From Selaginella moellendorffii (lineage: Eukaryota > Plantae > Lycopodiophyta), in assembly GCF_000143415.4 (NCBI RefSeq), contig NW_003314296.1, positions 310,001 to 374,000 on the forward strand: a stretch of DNA of 64,000 nucleotides, given 5' to 3'. A model generated the notes under the pieces. It was given only the letters and a program-made list of their open reading frames with translations, did no database searches and was not told the DNA's origin. A program made the position numbers and the translations under genes. This document shows positions 12,089 to 25,722 of this stretch, one piece after another. How positions within the stretch are numbered: the first letter of the stretch is position 1; each line of letters begins with the position of its first letter.

Positions 12089-12922
12089 TAAATAGGTATA
12101 TATATTTATTAAATATAAATATATGCTTGTTTATAGGATGATTAATTCCACATATACTTGCTATAAGGAACATGATGTTAACATTAACATATTTAGATGT
12201 AAACTAAGGGTAAAAAATAATTAAACGTAAACTAAGGTTTTAAAAAACATCTCCTAGGATACATCACCACTATTTGGTGGTAATACCCCTACCTGCTTCG
12301 GTGATAGCGCTCTATTGCATGTAATTATGCTACAGCGCATTGTCAAGCGAGCCGTGAGACTACAATTGAATCGGAGTGCCCACGCTCGTCATGGGAATGG
12401 CCACCACACTTATCTCCGTGATATATTCTTCAGAGTCTTTGACCACTTTCCTGTCTCTGCCAGCTCCTCATCGCAAGGAAGGTAACATTAGAGCAAGGTT
12501 GTGATTTTTCTACTCAATTCTTCTTCCAGAAGCTCCTTTGCAACCTTTGCTCTCAAAGGGAGATTTCAAAAACAGCAACAAACTAAGCAGCACTGGATCT
12601 GAGCACGACTTCAACGAAGTAAAGAAGCCGTCCCAGCACCGTCTTGTCACGTACATCTACTCATTCTTTTATCTTTTGCAAGTATCTACTTGGCTATGTT
12701 GCTCACTGGACCGGGATGCTATTAACGTTGGCTAGCTTTCAAAATGGGTCCAGATTGGCACAATGTGGTTCACAGCGGCACTATACATTTTGTTGCTCAT
12801 AGCTTCACTCATTTTTTCAGCGCTGTTATATACATATCACATGGGCTGTTCCTTCATTTCCCTTTTTTATCTTATAAAAAACATAAGCATGAAGCATCAC
12901 TTGTTTCTTTTTTCCTATGAAT

Positions 12923-13185
12923 CTACAGTGGTGTTCTGCTTCCAGGGTCTTTATCAATTTTTTGCACTGAAGCAGTGAGATCTCCATCTTTATCTATGTT
13001 TATAGTGCATATGTCTCCGATTTCACTTCCATGATTCTTTAAGAATATCTGCCAGTTTGTATCGGTCTCAAATATGTTGTCGTTGTTTGTACCAGAGTAC
13101 AGTTTGAACATGATTCATCGAACACACAGATAATGTTTTGAATGTTGCAGCGGAAACAGTCTTATTCGTTTGGAAACTGCTAGTG
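12923..13185 (-). pseudogene. Possible degenerate B3 (REM-like) DNA-binding domain fragment
   Basis: TNWQIFLKNHGSEIGDICTINI resembles the B3 C-terminal W..F...N.L..GD.C.F motif. There is an upstream in-frame stop. Confidence 0.4.
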
Positions 13186-13257
13186 GTTTTCAAATATTTT
13201 TTCTACAAATTATAAAATACAACACACATACATACCGTCAACCAAACGCCTTTGCAG

Positions 13258-14350
13258 AAGTGGAAAGGACGAAAAGAACTTTGTTCCCCCCAATCTACCC
13301 AGAGATGTAGTTTTCAGAATTGCAGAAAGCAATGGCTATTGTAGCGCAGTTTTTTCATGTATAGCTAAAGAATTTTCCATGGAATTTCAAAGTGATAGAA
13401 TTTGGCAATTGCATTGTGAACAGGATTTTTCTGTCTACATGTGTACAGATTACGAAGGTAGACGCTGCAGAACGTACAAGGTTTGTATTTTCACTGATTT
13501 GCTTAAAACAAATGTCAAATTTTGCTACAGGAAACTTACAAGAGTTGGTTCAATGTGTTCAAATGCTACAATTATAATATTACCTCTGTAACCAAAAAGC
13601 TGTGCCTTAAAATACGAAGCTTCCTCAGATTTAAAGGTTTTGAGTACATGTCAACCAAAGGTTTACCAAATAACGTCATAAATGAAGCGGAGGCAATTTT
13701 GAATGTCAACCTTCCAAATTCTTTAAGATGTCTACTGCTTTCTATGGACGGTCAGCCTGAAAATTGTATCATCAGTGGTTTACAGCATCAAGAATACAGA
13801 GGTTTTATTGGTACTTATTGGACCTGTAATACATTTATATGCTCAAAATTACTTTCACTCCGAGAGATTTGCTTGTTCACCATAGACTTGAGATTATCTG
13901 TGCCTTGTTTCCCTGCTAACTTGGTATCATTTGGTTGCTCATTGGATGCTTCGAAAATTTACTTTATAAATGTTCATTCAAGTAATGTAGACTGAACGTT
14001 AAAGAAGTCTCATTAGTAATTGGTTGAACAGGTGATATTTTCATAACTTCAAAAGATTTCAGACTCAATTTGAAGTTATGCTGTGTACACCTATATCTGT
14101 TCGTGGTGAGATGTCACTCATTTGCTGGCTTGCAAAGCTTTCATCTAATCTGCATACTGGAAAATCTCATTTAATTCAAAACCCCATTAAAGCTATATTT
14201 CAAGGTGGTTTGGCAGCAAATAGACTGTATCATGTAAGGCTTTACCAGTTTGTTCTTTGCGAATTCATTGTGTCTATGTCCTTTAGCATGGTTGTGTACC
14301 AATACCGGAGTTGTCATCCTTTGCCAGTGATGAGTTTACATATGTAGCAT
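13258..14350 (+). pseudogene. SKIP16-like F-box/SMI1-KNR4 protein (ApaG part eroded)
   Basis: F-box-like LPRDVVFRIAE..SDRIWQLHCEQDF, then DYEGRRCRTYK|ETYKSWFNVFKCY, then SMI1-like INEAEAILNVNLPNSLRCLLLSMDGQ..GFIGTY..LLSLREI, then LICWLAKLSSNLHTG. This order parallels plant SKIP16/FBXO3. There is a GT-AG intron at 13481-13530. Confidence 0.75.
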
Positions 14351-14756
14351 TTATATGCATAGATTCAGAATACCTCTCACTGTACAACAACATATACCTT
14401 TGTGCATCACACAAGTCAAAAAGTAATGTCAATGATACTCTTTTGCACAAATTTAGCATATGGTTTGGTTCTCAAGAGGTAAGAATCTTTACTTGGTATT
14501 ATATAGATGATAAATTAGTGTACAGGAGTATTGCTATGATGGAAGAACATATGGTGTCATGACTAAAACATTTACATTGGAAGTTCCACTATGCACTGTG
14601 TGGGTTGTATGCAAGTCGGAATCAGAAACTTTGACTAAATCCCTGGATGTATCTTTTTTGGATTATATGTTTTAAAGGAGTTACATTATCGTCTCATAAT
14701 ATTATATTCACTTTGATACTCCTCTCCCATTTAGTATTGTCTCTCTTTGACCTAAA

Positions 14757-14984
14757 ATGGAACAGAAGGCCCATAAATGTCCTTTTGGCAGCTCTGTTTG
14801 CACAAGATACGAGGATTGCTTGCTCTGTGGATTTCAGAATTGCACAAAGTCATATAAGATTTGTAATTCATTCAAGCGATGTGAATATTGTTTGTTTAAA
14901 AAAGCTGTTCTGAAATTTCAAGATCAGCATGGAGTCCAAGAGAAAGATGCTTTGAAGGAAGTTTCAAAAGCTTGGAATTCGTAA
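14757..14984 (+). CDS. Small Cys-rich protein with an HMG/YABBY-like C-terminal helix (hypothetical)
   Basis: Intact 75 aa ORF with 8 Cys, ending EYCLFKKAVLKFQDQHGVQEKDALKEVSKAWNS. Confidence 0.35.
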   Translation: MEQKAHKCPFGSSVCTRYEDCLLCGFQNCTKSYKICNSFKRCEYCLFKKAVLKFQDQHGVQEKDALKEVSKAWNS

Positions 14985-15968
14985 CTAAAAATTTGCAAGT
15001 ATCATTTAATCACCAAAGTCATCAAACCATGCTCATTGGCTTTGGCAACTAATTCATTTTATGTTTTGGCTTTTTCTTGGGGACGATTTACTAACTACTA
15101 CATCTATTTGACATTTCTTCCCAACTACGTCACATTTTTCTGGAGTTTTGTCTGTGGCATTTGATTGTTACCTGTCCAACACCTCAATTTGATGGTGAGT
15201 AACCTTTACCTTGCAATAGACTGTAGTGATTGGACATTGGCTCCTATGGCAAACCACCCCAATTTGAGCTATTAGTAATTCCTGTCACAACAAATAAATC
15301 TGTAGCATGTGGATTTGCCCAGACAACTATCAACCATGTGAGTAGTGCAAATATGGTTTCTAGGAGGCAAATTGTTTTTTTCAGTTTCTCCTTCGGTGAC
15401 CATTCTTTGGGCAACTCTGCTAGAATAGCTTTTAAGGAAGATAGAGATAAGGGTGCTCGAAATCAAGCAAATTTACAGTTACAAAGTCGTTAATATCCTT
15501 ATACCCATGATTTTCAAGACAGTCAATACAGAAAGGAAACCTTTAGTTCAAACAATAGATTTCGATGAAGCATGGTTTCTACAAAAAATGGCAAAACCAA
15601 ATTTGTTTGTGGCCGGATTTGGCTATCACACACTACCTCAACATAACAGCATGGGAATTCTAAGGTGTTATTTCTAGCCTCTCTAGACAATTACATTTCT
15701 TTGTGATTAAATATTATACATTTGTTTTTTTATTTTAGGAGTCACCTTTTTTTTCATTTTGGCAACCATTCCAAGTTATCTCTTTATATAATAAACTATT
15801 TATTTTAGTTTTACTTATGTGTGAATCACTATTCTAGGATAAATGCAATTGTGTATGTGTATCACTAATATGTTTGAATTTGTAGACAGAAAAGTAAGTT
15901 TTTTTGATAAATTTTAATTTAGAATTTTTAAGTTCACATTTAATAATTTGTTGTTTAGTGTTGAAAAT

Positions 15969-18900
15969 CTATAAAATTTCCTTGTAGACTACATTCTTTG
16001 TGTATGTAATTTATTGTCTCTTTTTAAGTTTACCTTGGTTCTTACATTCCTCTACACATATAACTATTTGGTCTTTAAAGGTACATCGTGATAGTGTAAC
16101 ATATAATTGCCCATGTCCAAAAACAAGACGTGGTAAGAGGATTCCAACATTATTTAAAGTTTGGCCCTGTGATTTGCATATTGTAATTGAGAATGTAAGT
16201 CTCAAAGGAAATTATTGTCTTTTTAATACAAATAACACGTCACCATCTGTAGGTTTTAGTATGATTCTTGGTAGTAAGACCTTTTTTCCTTCTCTATCTC
16301 CATGTAATATTTTTGCTTCTATTACATTTTGTAACGTTGATGTAATCATTAACTTAGTACCATTACATAAACCTTTTTTTACATCAAGATTTCATAGAAG
16401 CATCACAATGCTTCCAATTTTTATATTTAAGTTATGCGGAGGCATCTCAAATGGTGTTATGGAATTAAGATATTCTACTGGGTAGTCCAGTATTTCTTCA
16501 AAGGAATCACTATCAATTGTATCCACACTTTTAAAAGAAAATAGTCTTCCTGACATCCTTGTTAGAACTTGTTCATTTATATCTAACAAATGATCATTCA
16601 ATGTTATTAAGATTGCTTTTTGTGAGTTACTTATAGAAGGTAACACTTTTTGACCAAACACAACATCTAACATGGAATTCTTGGTTGTACATTTTTTTGG
16701 TAGTTCTACTATATCATCTTCATATCCATCAAGTCTTGGTAAATTACCATTTCCGAGTCTAATTAACCACTCTGACCACTCCTTTTCATCTTTGTTAATA
16801 TGCATATTTTCTGTAAGTGTATATTTCACTACAAATGGCCATATAAAACTTGACTTAACACTATTTTGTACAATTTGAACCTGTCGTGCTCTTTTAAGCA
16901 TAAGTAGTGTTTGTCTAAAATCACCACCAATTACAACAGTTATACCACCAAATTTATCAGAACAACCTTTAATGTCACGTATTACACGTTCTACAGCATT
17001 AAATGCATGTACTGGAACCATACTTATTTCGTCCCAAATTAGTAAGTCTATTTTTCTAATTTCATCAGCCTCTTTTGAATTTTCCCTTAAATCAGATGTA
17101 CATGTTTCAGTGACTGGTACAGGTAATTTAAATGTAGAGTGTACTGTGCGACCACCAATTAATAGTGTGCTTGTAATTCTTGTCCATGTTACAAACAAAG
17201 TCTTTCTTCCAAGTGCTTGTGAATGTGTTATTAATGTATTGAATAGAAATGATTTTCCTGTTCCTCCTACACCATCGATAAAAAATATTTATGGTTCATT
17301 TTTATCATCCAATGCTTTACATACTTTATCAAAGACATATTGTTGATCTTTATTCAGTAATGATTTGTTTCTTTCAATATCTTGGTATTCAAACATTTCA
17401 TTCTCATATATGTTGGTTCTTTCTTTATTATTTTCTAGATATGGAGTACATGGTATAGTAATATCATAATCTAAAAGGCATTTCCCATGTTGTTCTAGTA
17501 AAAGAAACAACTCTTGAAGTGCATGTGCATATGCTACATCCTCATTATTGTGTTTACATATTAAATCCTCACACATATCTACTTTGTATTTATTCCATAA
17601 TTTTTTAGGATCATTAACCTCACAAAAGAGACACATTATTCCAAATAAATATCTAATTTTAGAAGGCATTTGAAATGTGAAAGACTCCTCTAGACATATA
17701 TCCCATTCTTAGTCATCCTGTAATAATCCCATCGTTTGTGCAACTTCTCGATAGCTATCATATTGTATGTTTTTCCAATTACGTAAATGTTTAAAACTTG
17801 TTGCACCTTTATTATACAACAATAATAATTGCATATAAAATCGTTCACTATCTTTCAGTGGTACAGTGTACATTCTACCTATAAATTTCCAACCTCGTTG
17901 TCTTTTTACCCATGTTTTAGTTTTTGCATTCCAAATATACCATTCCGGAATTTCTGGATATGTCAATGTTCTTGCAAATTCATCTCTTTTATTCAATTCA
18001 AACCATTCAGTAAGTTTTGTTCTATGACCTTTCTTTAATGCAATTTCTTCTTCACCCTCATTGAAGTAAACACTTTGCAAATTTGGTAAGTGCACATCTA
18101 ATCTTTCAATTGAATGTGATCTTCCATGTAAATCATATCCAAATAACCTCCACATTCCTTCAGCAGCTGATATATAACGGCAATTTCTGAATGCATTTAT
18201 TTCATTCCAATCAAGAATATTCTCTTTCTCTGTGTTTCCTTCTTTGTGAAAGTGTATCTCTGCACAATCATGGCCTTTATATATATATTTAAAAATATAT
18301 TTCACACTTTTCACAGTTGAGCAAACCTCTACATTAATATGAGTTTTATATTTACGCAAAAGATACTTACTATAAGGAACAACAAACCTATTGTCAATTT
18401 CATTATTTTTAATGTAGATTTTATGACTATCATAACGTCTTTTGTACTCTGGGAATTGGCCACTAATATTTTTTGTCTCTTCACAGTAATCTCGTGGATA
18501 TTGAGATTTACATTCACCTTTTTTGTAACATGGACTTTCAGGAAATCCAGGAACATATGGACCATGTATCATATGTTTTTTCAAAAGTTCATACAATCCA
18601 GGATCACTATTTGGGTTTGGTATTTTTGCACTAACAATGTTGTCTATATCATCTACGGTTTTGATTTTATTCTCATTTTTTAGAATTACAAGTAGATGAC
18701 AATGTGGTAGTCCTCGTTTTTGGTACTCAATTACATACACATATGCATTAACTTTTCCAAATATTTCTTCTTTGTATATGTCATCTATAAGTTTTTGTGT
18801 TTTAGCATGGAAAACACGTGCTACCAAATCTGGTCTGTCTAAAGAACTTTGTCCTAGTAATAAATTCTCAGTTATCTCTTGCCATTTTGGGTTACACGTC

Positions 18901-20374
18901 ATCATAATAAATAAATCAGGTTTTCCATATTTTCTTACTAAGCTCATAGCGTCTTGATAATTTTGATTCATTTCATATTTCTCGGTCTACCGATGAATCC
19001 TAACGGCAAAATCACAAGTTTTCCAGCACATATCCCTTGTTGTTCTGCTTTGTTTATAACAAAATCAGAAAGACCTCTGTATGCTTCAACTCTTAATTTT
19101 CATTCATGGTTTTTTATCCAATCGAGACGACCACCCTCTACTTTAGTGTACATGTCAACCATGTATTGTTGGGATAATTTTCCACCCATTAAAACTGAAT
19201 TAAATTCAATAATCTTAAAACTATCTCTTATCAAACCACGAATAGCAAACTTGTAGCAATAATACTCCATCATTGTTATCTTAGTTCTTTTTAAAGACAA
19301 ACCCTTGTCTGTGTATTTTAAATCTGGTGACCAGCCTTCATTTCCATTTGGAAAAAGCAGTGGATATACTATAGGATCACAACATGATGTCACAATTGAT
19401 ATCTCTTGCATACTTTCACCTTTCAGATGTATTGCAATACTACAGTTAAATGGAGGCTCCCCAGTAGGGTTTGTAAACACTGCAGCAACTTTATTTGAAT
19501 TTGGTGCATTATATCTTCTTGGATCTATTGTATTTTCACCTTTTATATACATTACAATATTATGTAGTCCATTATTTATATTTGAACTTGTCATATGAAG
19601 CTCATCTTCCACATCTTTTAGCATTTTAAATGCCTTTGCATATGGATTAATTTCTCATAATAAAGCATCTAATTCATTCATCAGTGTTGTATCACATTTA
19701 CTGTTATATTTACTTTTCATTCTTGTTTCTGTAGCTTCTAGTGTGTCTAAAATATAAAGTTGAGAATATTTTGCATCATGACCTTGCTTAGGACGGAAAC
19801 TGCCAATTGAATGGTATACTTGTCCATGAATTTTGAAATAATATGGTCCATTGCCAATCATTTCATCAATATTTGCCCCCATAGATGCAAATGCCAAAGC
19901 ACTGTTATAATTTCGAATTAATTCTTTGAATTTTCCTCATTAGTCTGTTCCATCTAATAATTTATGAATCAGTTCAGGGAACTCAATTTGTTTTTCTATA
20001 GACACACATCCACCATGACAACATTGTGATTGTGTTTCTGAAGCAAAAAGAAAAGCTTTACAATAGTCACAATGTTTATCCATGAGTCCAATATAATCTA
20101 CTTTACATTTACCATCTATGTTGTTTTGCAAGAGTCCTAAATGTTTAGTGTTTTCCATGCTCTCGGTTTCATTTCCAAGATTTACTTCATTAACAGGTAG
20201 GGTAATAATCTCAAAAGTGTTTCTAAAAGTCTTTTCTATGGGTATTGGGGGTTCTTCAAAGGATACCAGGTTTCTCACACTTACATCCATACTTCTATTC
20301 ATATATAGAGATGAATTCAAAGTTGTTGAACTTTTTTTTATTATACAGCCTTCATGTAAAATTATATCACACAA
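15969..20374 (-). pseudogene. Helitron Rep/helicase (HUH-Y2 replication initiator + PIF1 SF1B helicase)
   Basis: Rep motifs GKPDLFIMMTCNPKW, VYVIEYQKRGLPHCHLL (HUH) and KYIFKYIYKG (Y2). N-terminal C-x2-C...CCHGG and FKIHGQVYHSIGS. Helicase motifs [35 protein letters not shown] and [13 protein letters not shown], with a TKNVVYKEIL* end. Several stops and frameshifts. Confidence 0.96.
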
Positions 20375-20851
20375 GCATCATATTAAGGAGCTGTGCTTCT
20401 GCCAGCACTTTGTTTCAGTGTGCTTCTATTTTCTTGTGGTTTGGCTATTAGTCTATTTACTTATTTTCACCATCTAGAGCCTGCACACACTGTCTAAGCT
20501 TCTATTTTCTAAAAGAGATTGTAAAATCTCCTACAGATCAATGTATTTTGGAGCAGAACAACATTACAAAGCCGGGAAAAACAAAGCTCAGGAAACATAG
20601 AAACAAAATTACCTCTTGACAAATGTGAAAGCAACCTAATTGTGCAGTCCTTTTTTCTATGATTTGAAACAGTTTTTCCTAGCCTACGTGTCTGTTTAGG
20701 TACACTCTCGAAAAGCCTTTGACAGTAAAGAGTTTTACCACAGCTTTTTCTGTCAATCATTTTTTCATTTGGCTTGGGGATAAAAAATTACAGAGTCATA
20801 CCGATATGATAGCCCGGGTTAAAAGATTATAGAGGGTGAATCTCTTTTGGC

Positions 20852-21245
20852 AAGATGTCCGGGGAAAAACTCAGTATCATGGCTCTCTATGATGGCACGA
20901 TGGCAAGCTTGAGCAGGCAAAGTACAAGAGGCCCATGTAAATGATGTGAAACTCCATGGTGATGGGCTTTGCTCTCTAGACAAGGACGGGAAGCTCTAGA
21001 GCTCTTCCATGCCATGGCCTTGAAATAGGAGGAGATCGCTTTCGTGAACGTGTGGCAGTACTTGGAGTCTGCAACCATGGCTTGAATCTCACTGCAGATC
21101 ACTTCAGCAGCATGTGTTTGCAAGGGCCGGGAAGCTGAAGGATTCCAAGGGGATGCTGGGCAAGAGGAGTGAGAGAGTCTGCTGGTAGCTTGTCGAATGT
21201 ACTGGGATCTAAGCACTGCTTTGCAGACGGCACAGGAGTTTGGTG
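20852..21245 (+). pseudogene. Degenerate PLS/E-type PPR fragment
   Basis: Pieces read KNSVSWLSMM, NSMVMGFA, GREALELFHAMAL, VLGVCNHG, FARAGKLKDSKGML and ESLLVACRMY. Confidence 0.7.
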
Positions 21246-22254
21246 GTTGTAACAAGGATCTTTTTTCATATATAATGCTTGCAAAAGGTGGCAGTTAAGT
21301 TTTTGAAGTGTTTTGTAAAATTGGGAGAATGTTTTGATATATTTGAGTGTGTATTTCTTTAAAAGGAGTGGAAGCTTTAAAGACACAGCTTTTCAAAACT
21401 TGGTTTGTTTTTTTCTTTCTTTCTTTCTTTCTATTCTTGTTTTCATCTCTCATTTTTTCAAAACATCAAAGGCCTACATATGAATGAATGATTGTTTTGG
21501 AAGTTAGCTGTATCATTCTCTTGTGCTATTTGACACATTTCTTGTCGCCATTTCCAATGGGGCTTTTGCAAATGCAGGGGTAAGCTGTAGGTGTGTGTCT
21601 GACCTCATCTCCAGATAATGTAAATGCCAGAGAATATTTTTTTTGGTGTGTCTGCTCTTGGATCCAATGCTTGTGAAGGCGCTTCCGTTTTTCTTGCTCA
21701 TCTGTCTCACGCTCACTGAATAATCATCCTTTGACACCTTAAGAATACCTTAGCAGTTGATCCACACAACAAAACAAAAAACAGCGCTATCACAAAAATC
21801 TAGAGGCAATGTGATCCCAGAGCCAGCCAACACAGATCCTAGGCTCTGCCCTTGATGCTCATGGCAATCCGCTGCAATTGGAGGGAAAAGAGAAAAAACT
21901 CAGTTAAAACTGGATCTTACAAGTACAAAACCAAACAAAGAAAAATGTTACCTGTACACTGGTTTGGAGAGCTTGATCAACGTATTTTAGTGGTTGTTTC
22001 TCCATTTGAAGAGTTCCCCTGCAGGATAAAAGTCTATTGCTAAGCAAACATGAGTCGTAATCTGCAAGGAAAAAGTCAATTTAGAAAGCAAGATCAATTC
22101 CCGAATCTCTCTTTCAGCACATGTGCAATTAACTTGTTCAAAAGATCAGTGCAAGTTTTAAGTCAGAAATATCACATTGTTTCTGCTGATTATGACGCTT
22201 ATCCGTGCTCTTCATGGCAAAATACTGGCAGGAACCTTTCAACTCTACTAAATT

Positions 22255-24091
22255 TACACTTGCATCACAAAAAGGCTTTTTAATTCCATATATAAGAAAC
22301 GACTATGAAAAAACTCACCTTCCTGTGTCACCAAAACCAAGAGATTTGACAGGGCGAAAATGGTGGAGTCCGTTTCTCACCACTAGTTTGAATCTGCATT
22401 TAAAACAAGTAAGAAAACTGGAGAAGTCATCAGACTAAACATGCACTCATGAATCTTTCTAATAGCATCCCAAGAGTTTAGATAAACGACTTTAGAGTGT
22501 TTAGCCCAAAGGTCGTTGGTTGTCTTGTCTGGACACGAGCAAAAGAAAAAAAAATCTTGAACTCCCAAACAACCCTCTGTTACTCGCTCTTGCACAACAA
22601 GAACAAGTTAGCCACAGAGATCAAGAGAAACGAGGGATCATTTTAAAACCTAGAGCCATATGCACACTGGGAATCTTGTTGCAAGCCCTTGGCGCAACAG
22701 GATGAGAGATCCAGGAGCACCAGGCAGTCTCTACGTTGCTTGATCATATATGAGCTGCCCAAGCACGTACTCCATAATAAGAGGCAGTAAAATATGCACA
22801 TGTAAAGAAGCACTGAGAATATGCATACATCTGAACCAGGTCTGCAGCTGCATCATGTCTTGACAACACTGTCACCTCCAAACCTCGCAGCATATCTCTG
22901 GCCTAAAGAAATCGTCAACAAGAACAACACAAGAAAGAGAAAACGTACCATAAAATTTGCAGTCTCTTGATCTTCCAAAGTCGTATCAAACAATGACATG
23001 TGGGTATAAATATTTTTCCTTTGACAAGATTGTATGGCACACACAACATGGCGAACAGGAGGGATTGTACACTTGCATCACAAAAAGGCTTTTTAATCCC
23101 ATAAATAAGAAACGACTATGAAAAAACTTGCCTTCCTGTGTCACCAAAATCAAGAGATTTGACAGGCTGAAAATGGTGGAGTCAGTTTCGCGCCACTAGT
23201 TTGAATCTGCATTTCAAACAAACAAGAAAACTGGAGAAGTTATCAGACTAAACATAGGCTTATGAACCTTTCTAATAGCATCCCGAGAGTTTAGATAAAC
23301 GACTTTAGAGTGTTTAGCCCAAAGGCCGTTGGTTGTCTGGACATGAATAAAAGAAAAAAAATCTTGAACTCCCAAACAGCCCTCTGTTACTCGCTCTTGC
23401 GCAACAAAAACCAAGTTAGCCTCAGAGATCAAGAGAAATGAGAGATCAACCATTCGCACACTGGGAATCGTGTTGCAAGCCCTTGGCGTGACAGGGTGAG
23501 AAATCCGGGAGCATCAGCCAGTGGGGAACTCGTCACAGAGCTGGAGATCGTGTTCTTCAGACTGTCCGCCATTGACCTGTGCATGTGTCGCGAATGGCGA
23601 TGAACAATCAACGATCCAGCCTTTTGCTTCTGCCACCAAAATCAAGAGATTTGACAGGCTGAAAATGGTGGAGTCAGTTTCTCACCACTAATTTGAATCT
23701 GCATTTCAAACAAGCAAGAAAACTGGAGAAGTCATCAGACTAAACATGTGCTCATGAATCTTTCTAATAGCATCCCGAGAGTTTAGATAAATGACTTTAG
23801 AGTGTTTAGCCCAAAGGTCATTGGTTTTCTGGACACGAGCAAAAGAAAAAAAATCTTGAACTCCCAAACAGCCCTCTGTTACTCGCTCCTGTGCAACAGA
23901 AACCACGTTAGCATCAGAGATCAAGAATCAAGAGAAATCTGGGAGAAATCCGTGACAGGGTGAGAAATCCGGGAGCACCAGCCAGTGGGGAAGTTGTCAC
24001 AGAGCTGGAGATCGTGTTCTTCAGACTGTCCGCCATTGACCTGTGCGTGTGTTGTGAATGGCAATGAACAATCAACGATCCAGCCTTTTGC
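22255..24091. repeat. Three diverged copies of a ~460-560 bp unit (22255-22722, 23068-23627, 23634-24091)
   Basis: The blocks caagagatttgacagg, aaaactggagaagt.atcagactaaacat, gagtttagataaa.gactttagagtgtttagcccaaagg and aaaatcttgaactcccaaaca occur three times. The ORF track shows QERVTEGCLGVQDFF three times. Confidence 0.92.
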
Positions 24092-24132
24092 AAAGGATAT
24101 GCACACTCCCGCTGCTGCGTTCACCACCACCA

Positions 24133-24133
<1 letters not shown>

Positions 24134-24189
<56 letters not shown>
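24134..24189. repeat. Compound (CA)n(GA)n microsatellite
   Basis: Directly visible. Confidence 0.95.
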
Positions 24190-25722
24190 TTGCAGCTCAC
24201 AATCTACTCGATTGGCCTAAAAGATTCACTTGATTTGGAGGGTCATCAAATTCAAATTTGAAGAGTTGCCACCCCTTGGCACTTTGATCTATGCCATCTA
24301 TTTGAAGTTTTTGAATTTGAACCGTTAGATTATAAGTATATTCAGAAATAATATTCTAAAAATGGAATAAAAGACGCCGGATGCCATATGCCAATAGCAC
24401 ATTTAAATAAGGGAGTATGATTAAAAATATTAGATACTATAAGTGCTTGAGATATAGGAATAGGTTTCTTAATTGGGGTTTAGACCCTTGCTTATATACA
24501 AGAATGGATGGACCATATTCAATTCCAAATGGACAATTCATATGCTTTAGTACTATAATTAGTGGTAATACATATATATACATACATGTATTTATAAACC
24601 TTACACCATCCTCCCCTCCGAAAGATGAAAATGTGATGATAATAAGTCAGATGGAACATCTGGAGCTTCTACTAGGTAATTATAAATTACTGCAAGAATC
24701 TAAAACTCCTACAAAACCACCAATAAAGTTGCTGATAACCATGATTAAAATAAAACCCAAAGCTATCACATAAGCATCAGCCAAGTACAGAATCTTGGTG
24801 AACTAATTGCAACTCTAGATATAACTCCCAAATGCTCAAACCAACAACACAACCATAATTTTGAATTGAAGCAAGGGACTATAAAAATCATTATAGTCCA
24901 TAAAACACCATTGTAGTAAACAATACATTCCGACTTTAAGTTTACATATCAACAATCCTCCAAGACCACCATTAACTCAGACTTAGGACCATAAGTAAAA
25001 CCATCATCTTTGTCTGGCATTACACATAGGAGGTCGAACTCACTCCATTCATCCTTTTTATTCCCTTTTCGAAGTTAAAAAATAATTGAAGCATTGGCTT
25101 TGTTTGGACTCATTATTCTCGTCCTCACTTCATTATTTATGTTTGATCTCACTCCACTATCACATCTATTTGGTTTCACTATATTGAGGCTAAATGTTCC
25201 ATTTGGAGTCACTATAGTCATCCTCACTCCACAATCTATATCATTTATCTTTGTTCCACTATTATATTCACTCGTCCTCATTCGTCATTGGGGCCGGACT
25301 CCCATCCATCCCCTATACCCCCTCCGAAGAAAAAAAAGTTTGAAGTGTCAAGGAAAAAAGGAAAAAATGAGAAAAATTGAGGAAAAATAATTATGAAAGA
25401 AGAAAAAGTGAATAAAGAAGAATTAGAAAAAGAATTTGCAACAATTGACAATGCAAAAATGGGGAAATCAAAATAAGGACATATGCTTAAAGCTTGGAAA
25501 AATCCACAATATAAGCAAAAAATTCACACCACTCAACCTCCTTGACACACAACTCAACACTTGAGACGAGAAAATCAATAACAACATCCACACTCTTAAG
25601 GGAATACATAAACTCCTCAGCAGCAATAATAAAGCAAAAACTCTCAGTAGCACTAACAAGTAGGGATATGCATATAACCAAAAACTCTAGCTAAAGTGAT
25701 TTAATCCTTGGAATAGAGAAAT

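Larger units (their letters stand above)
1022..24434 (-). mobile_element. Large degenerate autonomous-type Helitron with cargo genes (5' boundary tentative)
   Basis: Contains the RepHel pseudogene, RPA70-like genes and a 3' hairpin-CTAG. A candidate 5' end A|TCTAATATT lies at 24434. The interior is more AT-rich than the host genes. Confidence 0.65.

Noticed and set aside
12255-12283. Hairpin plus CTAG as an internal Helitron 3' end
   Set aside because: The stem is weak and CTAG is followed by G rather than T. It cannot be excluded as a relic end, but is unsupported.
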